Source: an uncultured Chloroflexia bacterium (GTDB lineage: Bacteria > Chloroflexota > Limnocylindria > Limnocylindrales > CSP1-4). From it: a stretch of DNA of 64,000 nt. The stretch is from NCBI GenBank assembly GCA_963712745.1, contig CAVQJC010000010.1, positions 114,217 through 178,216 of the forward strand, in the 5' to 3' direction. Each line of letters begins with the position of its first letter. The first letter of the stretch is position 1. Position numbers and translations under genes: made by a program. A model generated the notes under the pieces. The model ran no database searches, had not been told where the DNA came from, and saw only the letters and a program-made list of their open reading frames with translations. This document shows positions 34,753-46,290 of the stretch, one piece after another.

Positions 34753-35667
34753 CTACGTGCGCCGGCCTCGACGATACTCGGCCCCGCTCATGCGCCGCTT
34801 GCCGGCCGGCTGCACCTCGTCGAGGCGCAGCAGCCCCTCGCGCGTGCCCAGCGCCAGCGTGTCGCCGACACGGACCAGCTCACCGGGCATGGCCATGCCC
34901 TCGACCACTGAGGTACGCCACACCTTCAGCCGCACCCCGTCCGCCTCGAGGAAAGCCCCGGGCCAGGGCTGATAGGCGCGCACCTGCCGCTCGAGCTCCG
35001 CGGCCGGCCGCGACGGGTCCAGGCGTCCGTCCTCGCGCCGCAGCTGGCGGGTCAGCGTGGCGCCCTCGTCGGGTTGCGGCCGGGCGGTGAGGGTGCCCTC
35101 GAGCCACGCCGGCAGATGCTGTATGAGCATCTCAGCGCCCAGCTCCGCCAGCCGCGCCTCCAGCTCGGGCGCCACTTCGTCGCCCTCGAGCGAGACCTCG
35201 CGCTGGGCCAGGATGGGCCCGGTGTCGAGACCCTCGTCCATGCGCATGAGCGTCACACCGGTGACGACGTCACCGGCCAGGATGGCCCCTGCCACGGGCG
35301 CGGCGCCGCGGTGCCGCGGCAGCAGCGACGGGTGGATGTTGAGCGCGCCGTGCCGGGGCAGATCGAGCACCGGGCCGGGTACCAGGCGACCGTAGTCGGC
35401 GAGCACGATGAGCTCAGGCCTGGCGGCGGCCAGTTCGGCCACGACCTGCTCGTCGCGCAGCGTCGAGGGCGTACGCACGGGCAGGTCGCGCGCGGCGGCC
35501 CGTTCGGCCACCGGCGTCGGCGTCAGCAGCCGCTTCCGTCCAGCCGGGCGGGGAGGCGCGGTCACGACCGACTCGACCTCCACGAACTCGCTCTCGAGCA
35601 GTCGCTCCAGGGCCGGTAGCGCGACGGGACCGCTGCCGAAGAACGTCGTGCGGGTCGTGGTCCTCAT
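34753..35667 (-). CDS. fmt: Methionyl-tRNA formyltransferase
   Basis: NIHPSLLPRHRGAAP, GVTLMRMDEGLDTG, RAYQPWPGA. Confidence 0.96.
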   Translation of the reverse strand: MRTTTRTTFFGSGPVALPALERLLESEFVEVESVVTAPPRPAGRKRLLTPTPVAERAAARDLPVRTPSTLRDEQVVAELAAARPELIVLADYGRLVPGPVLDLPRHGALNIHPSLLPRHRGAAPVAGAILAGDVVTGVTLMRMDEGLDTGPILAQREVSLEGDEVAPELEARLAELGAEMLIQHLPAWLEGTLTARPQPDEGATLTRQLRREDGRLDPSRPAAELERQVRAYQPWPGAFLEADGVRLKVWRTSVVEGMAMPGELVRVGDTLALGTREGLLRLDEVQPAGKRRMSGAEYRRGRRT

Positions 35668-35676
35668 CGATCCGGG

Positions 35677-36192
35677 TCAGCCCAGGACCGGCATCTCCTG
35701 GCCGGACTCGGCCACCTCCTCCTCCAGCCGGGAGACCGGGATGAGGTCATCAAAGGACTCGAGGTAGTCGATGTAGAGGATGCCCTTGAGGTGGTCAAGC
35801 TCATGCTGCATGGCCCGCGCCAGCAGGCCGCTGCCGTTGGTCTTGATGCGGCGGCCATCGCGGTCCTGGGCCTCGACCCAGACCTTCTCCTTGCGCGGGA
35901 CGTAGGCCACGTAGCCGGGCACCGAGAGGCAGCCCTCGAGGTCGTTTTCCTCGCCCGACGAGCGGGTGATGACCGGGTTGACCAGCTCATAGAGCCGGTT
36001 CTCGACCTCGATGACACAGACCTGCAGCGGCTCGCCGATCTGCGGGGCCGCCAGCCCGACGCCGGGGGCATCGCGCATGGTGTGGGTAAGGTCGTCGATG
36101 AGTTCGTGGAGGTACTTGCCGAAGCTGTCGACCGGCTCGCCCTTGAGGCGCAGGCGAGGGTCACCGAGGGTAAGGATGGGCTTGACGGTCAT
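35677..36192 (-). CDS. def: Peptide deformylase
   Basis: GVGLAAPQIG, EGCLSVP, QHELDHL. Confidence 0.98.
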   Translation of the reverse strand: MTVKPILTLGDPRLRLKGEPVDSFGKYLHELIDDLTHTMRDAPGVGLAAPQIGEPLQVCVIEVENRLYELVNPVITRSSGEENDLEGCLSVPGYVAYVPRKEKVWVEAQDRDGRRIKTNGSGLLARAMQHELDHLKGILYIDYLESFDDLIPVSRLEEEVAESGQEMPVLG

Positions 36193-36228
36193 GATCCGAG
36201 TATATGCCGGGGCCTGAAACGCCGAGGC

Positions 36229-38659
36229 CTACAACAGGCTCTCGGGATCGACGTCGACCGACCACGGCGCCCCGGGGTCGCCACCGAGCACCGCCGCCGG
36301 GTCGGGTCCGCGCAGCACCACGTGGAAACGCCAGCGACCGCCGCGACGGGCGATGTAGGCCGGTACCGGGCCCAGGACCGCCACTCCTGCCTCAAGCTCG
36401 GTGGAGCGGGCGCGCAGGCGAGCCACCATCTCCTTCGCCACCTCCTCGGCCGAGTCGCGCCTGGCCAGCGCCGACCGTGAGCTTGATGAGCCGTCCGAAG
36501 GGTGGCGAGCCGAAGCGCCGCCGCCGAGCCAGCTCGTCCTCCACGAACGAAGTCGCATCGCCGCTCGCGACGGCGCGGATGGCCGGGTGCTCGGGCTGAT
36601 AGGTCTGAACGATGGCGCGCCCGGGCCGCTCACCACGACCGGCACGGCCGACCGCTTGCGTCAGCAGCTGCCAGGTGCGCTCGGCGGCGCGTTCGTCGGG
36701 CAGGTTGAGTGCGATATCCGCCGAGACCACGCCGACCAGCGTGACCTCTGGGATGTCGAGGCCCTTGGCCACCAGGCTCGTGCCCACCAGCACGTCCGAG
36801 CCACCGTTGGTGAAGTCGTCGATGACCCGCGCCGCAGCGCCCTTGCGTTCCACCACATCGCGGTCGAGGCGCGAGACCCGCAACTGGGGGAATCGCACCC
36901 TGAGCTCCTGCTCCACCCGCTCGGTACCGCCACCGAGGTAGCGGATGCGCACTGACTGGCAGGCCGGGCAACGCCGGGCCACGGGCGCCGAGGCGCCGCA
37001 GTGATGGCAGCGCAGGGCCACGACCGAGGCGTGGAATACCAGCGGGCGCTGGCACTCGGGGCAGATCTGGACGTAGCCACAGTCGCGGCAGAGCACGACG
37101 CTGGCGGCACCCCGGCGGTTGATGAGCAGGATGGCCCGGTCGCCCGCGGCGCGATCGAGCTCGTCGAGCGCCGTCGCGAGCGTGGCCGAGAGCAGGCCGC
37201 GATTGCCCTCCGCCAACTCCTCGCGCATGTCCGCGACCTCGACCTTGACTGGTGATCCCGAGCGGCGGCCATGCAGCCGCAGGTGCCGTAGCCGTCCCTG
37301 GCGGGCCAGCCCGACCGAGACGATGTCGGGCGTGGCGGAACCGAGGACCACCGGCACCGAGGCCAGCGAGCCCAGTACCACGGCCACGTCGCGGGCCTGG
37401 TAGCGCGGCGTGCGATCGGACTTGTAGGCGGGATCGTGCTCCTCGTCCACGATGACCACGCCCAACGGGTCCGGCGGCGAGAGGGCGGCCAGGCGCGTGC
37501 CCACCACCACCCGCGCCTCACCGGACGCGATGCGGCGCCACTCGTCGGCTCGTTCGCCGTCGCCCATGGCGCTGTGGAGCATGGCCACGTCTTCGCCCAG
37601 GTCGTGGCGCAGGCGGTCGATGAGCGGCGCGGCCAGGGCGATCTCGGGCACCAGCACGAGGGCCCCACGGCCGGCGGCACGGGCGCGACCGATGGCCTCC
37701 GCGTAGACCGCGGTCTTGCCGCTGGCGGTGTCGCCTTCCAGCAGGACCGTCTCGTGTCGTCGAGCGTCGATGGCCTCGCCCACGACACGAAGCACAGCCG
37801 ACTGCTCGGGGTCGAGGGCCGTGCCGGCCGGCCGGCTGCCGCGTGCCGGCTCGGCCCGTCCGGCCAGCGGGCGCCGGTCCTCGGTGCGCACGTCCAGCTC
37901 GAGCAAGCCACGCTTGACCAGCCCGGTCACGGCCGAGGACCCGTGGCGGTCGGCAAGGCGCGCCGCGACCTCGGCCCCGGGATGGGCCGGCTCGGCCATC
38001 TCAGTCAGCAAGGCCTGTTGCCGTGGACCGAGTGGTGCCCCCGCTGGTCGGTCGTTCCTGGCGAGCACGGCTGCTGCCTGCCGGCCAGCCTCGGTGAGCA
38101 CCGCCCAGCGACGCTGCCTGGGCCGTGCGGTCGGTGGCTGCACTTGCCACTCCAGGCGCAATGCGCCATCTGCCTCGAGTGCCCGTAGTGCTCGTAGGAG
38201 CATGGCCCGGCTGCCGGCCTGCGGCAGCTCGTCGACGGAGATGCCGGCCGGCCCGGCCGCGGCCACGGACGCGAGCAGCGGCTCCACGGCGCTCCCCTCG
38301 CCCGCGCTGACCGCGAAGAGCCCGATGCGCTCGAGGGTCCCCCGCGGCAGCATCGCCCGCACCACCATGCCCGGGGGCGCCAGGTAGTAGCGGGCCACGT
38401 GCAGGGCCAGCTCGCGCCAGAGCTGACCCAGCAGGACACCATCCGAGCGTACGCGGGCCAGCAGCGGCTTCGTCTCCATCGCGGGCTCGGGCGCTTCGGC
38501 CAGGACCACACCGACCGCCCGCCGCCGGCCGAACTCGACCATCACCGCCTCGCCTGCTGCGATATCGGCCAGCGCTGCCGGCACGCGATACGAGAAGCAG
38601 CGGCCGCCGGGTACGCCCGGCGCGTCGACCGCGACCTCGACGAAGCGCGGCTCCGTCAT
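36229..38659 (-). CDS. priA: Primosomal protein N'; +1 frameshift near 36473
   Basis: GDTASGKT, DEEHD, CxxC Zn cluster, KGLD, GRAGRG. The C-terminus (VLGPVPA..VDVDP) is in ORF 36229..36645 and joins after removing one base. Confidence 0.93.
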
Positions 38660-38665
38660 GACGGC

Positions 38666-39289
38666 CTAGACGCGGATGCGGCGGTGGGGGAACCTGCGGT
38701 GCTCGGTAGCGATGATGGCCTCGATCTCCTCGGCGGTCTCGTCGACCTTGCCGGTCTGGTTGACCACCACCTGGTCGTACTCGTCCTTGCGCGCCAGCTC
38801 CCGTGCCGCGTTCCGGCGGCGGATCTCCAGGTCCTTCGGCTTCTCGGTGTTGCGTCCGACCAGGCGCGCGTCGAGCTCCTCGAGCGAGGGTGGGACGACG
38901 AAGATGAGCAGCGCATCGGGCACCTTGGCGCGAACCTTGTCCGCCCCCTGCACGTCGATCTTGAGGATGGCGTCGCGGCCCGACGTGAGGGCCGCCTGGA
39001 CCTGGTCGCGCGGGGTGCCGTACTTGTGGCCGTGGACGGGGCTAGCCTCGAGCAGGCCGTCCGCTGCCTCCAGCCGGTCGTAGTCGTCCCGCGAGAGGAA
39101 GTGGTAGCTGACACCGTCGATCTCGTTCGGCCGTCGCTGGCGGGTGGTCACGGTCACCACGTAGTGCCGCGGGTATGCCGGCTCGCGCCGGGCCATGGCC
39201 TCGATGATGGTGTCCTTTCCCACTCCCGACGGCCCGGAGATGATTACCAGCTGCGCACCCGGCCGCCCCTCGATCGCGCGAATCGTCAG
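38666..39289 (-). CDS. gmk: Guanylate kinase; start codon apparently non-canonical (CTG at 39289 or ATT at 39283)
   Basis: LVIISGPSGVGKDT P-loop, TTRQRRPNEIDGVSYHF, YGTP, IDVQGA, PPSLEEL. Confidence 0.95.
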   Translation of the reverse strand: MTIRAIEGRPGAQLVIISGPSGVGKDTIIEAMARREPAYPRHYVVTVTTRQRRPNEIDGVSYHFLSRDDYDRLEAADGLLEASPVHGHKYGTPRDQVQAALTSGRDAILKIDVQGADKVRAKVPDALLIFVVPPSLEELDARLVGRNTEKPKDLEIRRRNAARELARKDEYDQVVVNQTGKVDETAEEIEAIIATEHRRFPHRRIRV

Positions 39290-40230
39290 CTCCTTCTCTC
39301 CTCGCTCGCCCGCAACCGCTCGAGCACGGACTCGAGCTCGTTGGGCAATGGTGCCTCACATCGGACCAGCCGTCCGGACCCCGGTGACACGAACTCCAGC
39401 TTCCAGGCGTGCAGGAAGAGGCGCTCGAGCCGGTCGGGCCCGCGGCGCACCGTGCCCGTAGCGTAGACCGGGTCACCGGCCACGGCGTGCCCGATGGACG
39501 CGAGGTGGACACGGATCTGGTGGGTCCGACCTGTCACCAGGTCGAGCTCGAGATACGTCCACTCGGCGAAGCGCTCGCGCACGCGGTAGCCGGTCACCGC
39601 CGGCTTGCCCTCGGCGGTGACGGCCATGCGCATGCGATTGCGTGGATCGCGCCCGACCGGCTTCTCGATGCGGCCAAGCTGGGCATTGACCAGTCCTCCC
39701 GCCAGCGCCAGGTAGGTCTTGCGCACGCGGCGGGCCTTGAGCTGTGCCTGCAGCGAGGCCTGGGCCGCATCGTTGCGCGCGACCACGATGAGCCCGGAGG
39801 TGTCGCGGTCGAGACGGTGGACGATGCCCGGGCGTTCGGCCCCACCTCTGGTGGCCAGCCCGCCGCCGCCTCGCTCGAGGGCCAGCAGCGCGTTGACGAG
39901 CGTGCCTCGCTCATGGCCCGGTGCGGGATGCGTGACCAGGCCGGCCGGCTTGTCGATGACGATGACGTCGTCGTCGCGGTAGACGACATCGAGCGGGATG
40001 TCCTCGGGCAAGAGCGCATCCACCGTGACCTCGGGCACATCGAGGACCAGCACCTGGCCCGGTCGCACCGGGTCGCGGGCACGGACGCGCTGGCCCTCGC
40101 TGGTCAGACGGCCGTCGCTGATGAGCCGCTGCACGAAGGCCCGGGATAGCCCGGCCGCGTCGGCCATGAAGCGGTCGGCGCGGCTGCCAGCGGCGCCCTC
40201 GGGCACGGTCACGTGCAGGGGTCCGCTCAC
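39286..40230 (-). CDS. RluA/RluD family pseudouridine synthase
   Basis: S4 domain, DKPAGLV, RPGIVHRLDRDTSG, TGRTHQIRVH. GTG start overlaps the lspA stop. Confidence 0.94.
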   Translation of the reverse strand: MSGPLHVTVPEGAAGSRADRFMADAAGLSRAFVQRLISDGRLTSEGQRVRARDPVRPGQVLVLDVPEVTVDALLPEDIPLDVVYRDDDVIVIDKPAGLVTHPAPGHERGTLVNALLALERGGGGLATRGGAERPGIVHRLDRDTSGLIVVARNDAAQASLQAQLKARRVRKTYLALAGGLVNAQLGRIEKPVGRDPRNRMRMAVTAEGKPAVTGYRVRERFAEWTYLELDLVTGRTHQIRVHLASIGHAVAGDPVYATGTVRRGPDRLERLFLHAWKLEFVSPGSGRLVRCEAPLPNELESVLERLRASEERRS

Positions 40231-40808
40231 GACGGTGCGTCGCGGCGGAGGGACACGGCCCGGTCCCCGAGCAGGGCCGCGGCGAAGAGCAGGAGGATAC
40301 CGATGAAGACCGCGGCATCGCTCACGTTCCAGGCGTACCAGCGCATGTCGCCGATGCCCATGTCCACGAAGTCGATGACATGGCCGAACCGTAGGCGGTC
40401 GATGAGGTTGCCGACCGCGCCACCCGCGAGCAGGCCGAGTCCGACGGTCACCAGCGGACCCAGGCCGGCGCCGTGCCGCCACTCGTACCAGGTGATGCCG
40501 GCGATGACGAAGACCGAGAGGATGGCCATGAGCATGGCCGAGGTGTCGAGGAAGCCGAAGATGGCGCCGTCGTTGTAGGTCTTGGCGATGCGAACCAGGT
40601 CGCCGAGCAGCTCGGTCGGTCCGCCCGGCTGGCCGGCCGGGATGGCCCGGGAGGCGACCTCGAAGGACCCATCGACCCAGGCCTTGCTGAGCTGATCGAA
40701 CAGCACCACCGCGCCGGCCGTTCCCAGGAAGAGCGCCCAGCGACGACGCCATCGCGCGGGCGCCTCGCGGGCCCCCTCTTGTTCGACCGAGGCTGGCGCC
40801 TCAGCCAT
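40227..40808 (-). CDS. lspA: Lipoprotein signal peptidase II
   Basis: DQLSK, NDGAIFG, GGAVGNLIDR, VIDF, NVSD. Confidence 0.95.
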   Translation of the reverse strand: MAEAPASVEQEGAREAPARWRRRWALFLGTAGAVVLFDQLSKAWVDGSFEVASRAIPAGQPGGPTELLGDLVRIAKTYNDGAIFGFLDTSAMLMAILSVFVIAGITWYEWRHGAGLGPLVTVGLGLLAGGAVGNLIDRLRFGHVIDFVDMGIGDMRWYAWNVSDAAVFIGILLLFAAALLGDRAVSLRRDAPS

Positions 40809-43800
40809 CGGCCCCCTCCAGGGCGATGCGCACGATGCCGTTGTCGAGCGTCACCTCTACGGCCGTGATGCCGGCAGGTGGCTCTGCGAGCTCGATGTCG
40901 TCGGCGAGGACGTCGGCAGCCACACCGCCAAGGTGTGGTTCCAGGCGGTCGAGCACCGCCGTGGGGCCGCTGAGCCACAGCCGGATGCGGGCATCGAGCG
41001 CCAGCTCGGCCTGCTTGCGCGATCCCTGCACGGCGCGGGTCAGCTCGCGGGCATCGCCCTCGGCGACGAGCTCCGGCGTGAGCTCGGTATCGATGACGAC
41101 CACGATGCCCTCGTCGTGGGCCACGGCGGTGCCCGGGCGCGGGGTGGCCAGGACCTCGACCTCGTCCGGCGCCAGGGTCACACCACCGAGCGTGACCGAG
41201 CCGTCGTCGTGGTATTCCACCTCGTCGGCGCGAGCGGCGGCCATGATGGCCGGGATGGCCGGGCCGTGCTTCCTGCCGATGACCGGCAGCAGCGGCTTCA
41301 CGCGCCTGTCCACGAGCTCCGATTCGTCGCCGATGATCTCTACCGACTTGACGTTGAGCTCATCGGTCAGCAGTGCCAGCAGCTCGTCGGCAGCACCGGG
41401 CGGCAGCCCCTCTGCGAGTGAGCCCGACGGCATCGCCAGCCACAGCCGGCCCAGCGGCTGCCGCACGCGGATACCGGCCCGGCTGCGCAGGGTGCGGCCC
41501 AGCTCGACCGCCCGACGCAGATCCGCCATGGCCGACTCCAGCCGCTCGTCACGGAGCGGCGCCAGGTCGGCGGACGGCCAGCGCGTGAGGTGGACCGACT
41601 CGGGGGCACCCGGCTGAGCCGGGGCGACCAGCACCTGGTGGAACTCCTCGGCCAGGAAGGGCAACAGTGGAGCGAAGGTGCGAGCCACGCTCACCAGAGC
41701 CAGGTGCATCGTGCCGAAGGCGGCGTCGCGGGCGGAGGCGTCGTCGCCTCGCGAGAGGCGACGACGGGAGCGTCGCAACCACCACGTGGAGAGGTCATCC
41801 ACGAAGCTGCTGATGGCACGGGTGGCCCCACGCGTGTCGTACTCGGCCATGGACTCGCCCGCGACCGTGGCAGTGTCCGCCGCGCGCGAGAGGATCCAGC
41901 GGTCGAGCAGGCTGCGACGGGGGTCGACCGACTGCTCACCGACGACGTCACGGGCCGGCTCCCAGCCGCCCAGTCGAGCGTAGGTCGTGAAGAAGGCCAG
42001 CACGTTCCACAGCACCAGCAGCTCACGCCGCGCCTCATCGGCGGTGTGATAGCCGAAGAGGATGTTGTCCTCGGGTCGTGCGCTCGCGTACATCCAGCGC
42101 ATGACGTCGACACCCATCCGCTCGGCCGCCTCGTTGAACTCGATGGCGTTGCCCCACGACTTGTGCATGGGCCGGCCGTCCTCGCCGTAGAGGGTGGCGT
42201 AGCCGAAGAGCGACTTGAACGGTGGCACCCCGCGCAGCACGGTGCCCATGGCCAACATCGAGTAGAACCAGTTGCGGAACTGGCCGGGGAACGACTCGGT
42301 CACGAAGTCGGCCGGGAACCACTTCTGCCAATACTCGGGGTCCGTCCGGTAATGCAGCGTGCTGAAGGGCACGATGCCGGCGTCGAGCCAGGGGTTGCCC
42401 ACGTCGCGGATGCGGCGCGAGTCCGCCCCGCACCGCTGGCACGGCACGACGACCTCGTCGACCCAGGGTCGATGTGGCGAGCGGCCTGCCAACTGCTCGA
42501 AGCCCGATGACGCCCTTTGCGCCAGCTCCTCGCGGCCACCGATGACCTGGTACCCGTCGCACTCGGTGCACTCCCAGATGGGCAGGGCCAGGCCCCAGTA
42601 GCGTTTCTTGGAGATCGATCCAGTCGCCCATCGTGTAGAGCCAATCGATCTCGCGGTCGTAGCCGAAGCGGGGGTACCACCTGATCTGGTCGACGATGTC
42701 CATGATCTGGTAGCGCAGGCTGGCGTTCTTCTGCGCCTGCGTCAGCGTCTCGCGCGGCTGCTCGTAGACCTCGCCCATGGAGATGTACCACTCGTCGACG
42801 ACGCGGAAAAGCAGCGCCGTGCCGCAGCGCCAGCAGTGCGGGTAGCGGTGTGTATAGGGCTCGAGGTGGTAGTAGAAGTCGAGCGCCTCGAGCTCCTCGA
42901 TGATCTCGGCCGCGATGCCCGCGGCATCCTTGCCGCTGAACTTACCGAACCCCGCGAGGTAGTGGCCGGCCTCGTCGAGGGGCGCGATGACCGGCAGCTT
43001 GAGCTTCTTGCCCAGCGCGAAGTCCTCGGCCCCGCCGCCCGGGGCGATGTGGACGATGGAGGTGCCTTCGTCCTCACCCACCTCGTCCCATTCGATGACG
43101 CGGTGGACATAGGGCGCCTGGCCGTCGACGTCGACACCTTCGGCGAATGCCTCCGCCACCACCGGCAGGTCATCGAAGGCGAACCGGTAGTGCCAGCCCA
43201 GCAGGTACTCGCCCTTGTGCTCCTCGATGACCTTGAAATCGCCCTGCACAGCGGTCCTGAGCGCGACCTTGCCGACCCAGAAGCGCTCGTCGCCCTGCTC
43301 GATGAGCACGTAGTCGAGGTCGGGGTGAACCGCTGCGGCCACGTTGGCCGTCATCGTCCAGGGGGTCGTCGTCCATACCAGCAGCGACTCACCAGGGCGG
43401 TCGACCAGCTTGAAGCGGACGGTCAGGCCCGGGTCTTCGCGGTCGCTGTAACCCTCGTTCATCTCCATCTGGCTCATGCCCGTGCCGCAGCGCGCGCACC
43501 AGGGCATGGAGTCGATACCGCGGTAGAGCCAGCCGCGACGATCGCACTCGGCGAGGAAGGCCCAGATGAGGTCGTTGTTCTCGTTGCTGAAGGTGAAGTA
43601 GGAGCCACCCAACTCGGGCAGGCCGAGGCGACCCACGATCATCTCGACCGTATCGGTGACCGGTCCGCGGGGGCCCTCTACGGTGATGACCTGCGAGGGA
43701 TCCTGCTCCATCAGGTCGCGCAGGCGACGCAGCTCCGCGGGGTCGTTCCAGTCCATCCAGTAGCCCAGTCGGATCGACTGCTCGGTCTGGACCGCAGCAT

Positions 43801-44192
43801 AGGTGAGCACGCGCTGCTTGCACAGGCGCACGAAGTCGGCCATGCCGAAGGATTCGATGTCCTTCTTGCTGGTGAAGCCGAGCTCTCGCTCGACGTTGAC
43901 CTCCACCCACAGGCCCTGACAGTCGAAACCCTGCTGCCAGCGCAGCTCCTGACCGAGCATGGCGTGGTAGCGGTTGAAGGCGTCCTTGTATGTCCGGCCC
44001 CAGGCGTGGTGCACACCCATGGGATTGTTGGCGGTGATGGGGCCGTCGACGAACGACCAGTCGATCCCCGCCCGCATTCTGCGCGCGGAGCTGGCTGAAG
44101 ATGGACCGCTCTCGCCAGAAGTCGAGCGTGCGGTGTTCCTGGGCAGCGAGGTCTGGCTGCGCGGCGACAGCCGGGAATGGGCTTCGTGACAT
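40801..44192 (-). CDS. ileS: Isoleucine--tRNA ligase type 2; +1 frameshifts near 44062 and 42617
   Basis: DGPITAN, GVHH, GFDCQGLWVE, WTTTPWT, YPHCWRC, DW(M)ISKKRYWG, PMHKSWGN spread over three ORFs that join after removing two single bases. Confidence 0.93.
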
Positions 44193-44299
44193 CGGGATGT
44201 GCAGTCTAGCCGAGCGTCCCGCGTTGAAGCGTGGTGCGCCGACGCACCAGCGACATGCGGTCCCGGCACACAACGATGATTGGGGCTACGATGCCGCCG

Positions 44300-46201
44300 A
44301 TGGCCTCCAGCGACGTAGCCGTGCGTCCCAGGCGAAGCGCCTTTGCCGCGGCATTCCTCTCCGCCCTCTTCCCCGGCCTAGGCCACGCCTATCTCGGCCG
44401 CTGGTTGCGGGCCCTGCTCTGGGCCGCCTTGCCCATCCTCGGCATCGCCGCCATGGCCGGCCTGGCGGCCAGCTCCAGCACCACCGACCTCGTCGAGATC
44501 TTCGCCGACCCCGACGTGCTCAACGGCATGCTCGTCTTCCTCGTGATCGACGTCATCTACCGGGTGCTCGCGGCCTGGGATGCCTGGCGGCTGGCGCGTG
44601 ACCCGGGCGTCGGGTCGGCCGGCTCGCGCATACTCTCGATGGCCGGGCTCGTGGCACTGGTGATCGTGCTCGTGGGCAGCCACGTCGTCATCGCCCGCCC
44701 GGTCTTCTTCGCCACCGACCTCTACACGGACATCGCCGAGAACGCCGGCGACGAGAGCGAGATCATCGACATCGGCGATCTGGCCGCTGAGGATCCAGAC
44801 TTCCAGCTGGTGCTCCCCGACGACCCCGAGGCCACGCCCGAACCCAAGGCCTCGCGCAAGCCCGGTGCCGCTGGCGGCTCGGGCACGCCCGAGCCCAGCG
44901 CCGAGCCCACCCAGGCTCCCGCCACCGAGCAACCGGCGGCCACCGCGGAACCGACACCCGAGCCCCCTCGCGTCGAGTGGGACGGCAAGGAGCGGCTTAA
45001 CGTCCTGCTCATCGGCCACGACGGCGGCCGCCAGGGCAAGCTCTCCTCGAGCGCCCTGACCGACACCATGATCACCATCAGCGTCGATCCGACCACCGGG
45101 CGCGTGGCCTTCATCTCGCTGCCCCGTGACACCTCGGGCATCCCACTGCCGCGCGACTGGGCCGCCTACAACAGCTTCGGCGGCAAGTACAACAACAAGA
45201 TCAACACGCTCTATACGGTCGCCCGTGGCCGCAGCGACTTCCCCGGCAGCTCCAAGCAGCGTGGCTACAACGCGTTGATGGGCGCGCTCGGCGAGCTGTA
45301 CGGCCTCGACATCAAGTACTACGTCTCGGTCGACCTCAACAGCTTCCGCCACGTCGTGAACACGCTCAACGGCGTGGTCGTGGACGTGCAGCTGCCGGTC
45401 ATGGACAAGGACTACTCGGCGGCCGATGGACGTGGAAACCTGAAGCTGTACATCCCCCCCGGCATCGCTCGCATGAACGGCCAGGACGCGCTGGCCTATG
45501 CCCGCTCGCGGCACGGCTCGTCGGACTTCGACCGGGCCGCCAGGCAGCAGCGCGTGATCACCTCGGCCGGCAAGCAGATGGACGTCGATGAGCTCCTCCA
45601 GCCCGGGGTCATCTCCGGCCTCATCGGCCAGCTCAAGCAGGACGTGAAGACCAACATCCCGCCCAAGCTCGTGCCCAAGATGGTGGCACTGGCCTCCGAT
45701 ATCGACCTCGATCGTCGTGAGAACCTCGTCTTCGACAGCTCCCGCTACGTCGACGAGTGCTACCCGTGTCCGCCCACCGGGCTGTATCTGCTCAAGGCCA
45801 AGCCCTCGGCCATGCGAGCGGCGGTCAAGAACGTCTTCAGCACCACCAAGGCCCAGGCGCGGCAGATCAACGAGCTCGAGGACGAAGGTGCGGTCGTGCA
45901 CGTCCTCAACGGCCAGGGCGGCGGCAACAACAAGGCCATCAATATCGCCGCCTTCCTCGCCAGCAAAGGGATCGACGCGGTGGTCCCGCCGGTCGGCGGC
46001 GGCAGGGCCGACTCGAACGACTACGGGGGCACGGTCATCACCGCCTACAACGACGCCAAGACGGAGATGCCCATCACGTTCGCCAGGCTCAAGCGGAGCT
46101 TCAATGACAAGAAGCGCGAAGTCATCTTCGTGGACGATCCCCAGACAGAAGCCGACTTCACCATCACCGTCGGCGCGAAGACCGCGGCGCTGAAGCCCTA
46201 G
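44300..46201 (+). CDS. LCP (LytR-CpsA-Psr) family protein with N-terminal TM segments and C-terminal LytR_C-like domain
   Basis: NVLLIG.D, LTDTMI, SLPRD, KIN, LAYARSR, DFDRAARQQ, VLNG. Start uncertain between 44276 and 44300. Confidence 0.92.
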   Translation: MASSDVAVRPRRSAFAAAFLSALFPGLGHAYLGRWLRALLWAALPILGIAAMAGLAASSSTTDLVEIFADPDVLNGMLVFLVIDVIYRVLAAWDAWRLARDPGVGSAGSRILSMAGLVALVIVLVGSHVVIARPVFFATDLYTDIAENAGDESEIIDIGDLAAEDPDFQLVLPDDPEATPEPKASRKPGAAGGSGTPEPSAEPTQAPATEQPAATAEPTPEPPRVEWDGKERLNVLLIGHDGGRQGKLSSSALTDTMITISVDPTTGRVAFISLPRDTSGIPLPRDWAAYNSFGGKYNNKINTLYTVARGRSDFPGSSKQRGYNALMGALGELYGLDIKYYVSVDLNSFRHVVNTLNGVVVDVQLPVMDKDYSAADGRGNLKLYIPPGIARMNGQDALAYARSRHGSSDFDRAARQQRVITSAGKQMDVDELLQPGVISGLIGQLKQDVKTNIPPKLVPKMVALASDIDLDRRENLVFDSSRYVDECYPCPPTGLYLLKAKPSAMRAAVKNVFSTTKAQARQINELEDEGAVVHVLNGQGGGNNKAINIAAFLASKGIDAVVPPVGGGRADSNDYGGTVITAYNDAKTEMPITFARLKRSFNDKKREVIFVDDPQTEADFTITVGAKTAALKP

Positions 46202-46290
46202 CGTCAGCCACCCCGGGCCGCGATGAGCGCGGCACCCGTGGCCGGTGTCCGCCCCAAGTCCCTACCGGTAGAGCGGACCCTGGGCAGTCC

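Noticed and set aside
40801-44192. Programmed ribosomal frameshifting or true pseudogenes in ileS, priA and rseP
   Set aside because: No slippery heptamers at the sites; one shared insertion context explains all four more simply.
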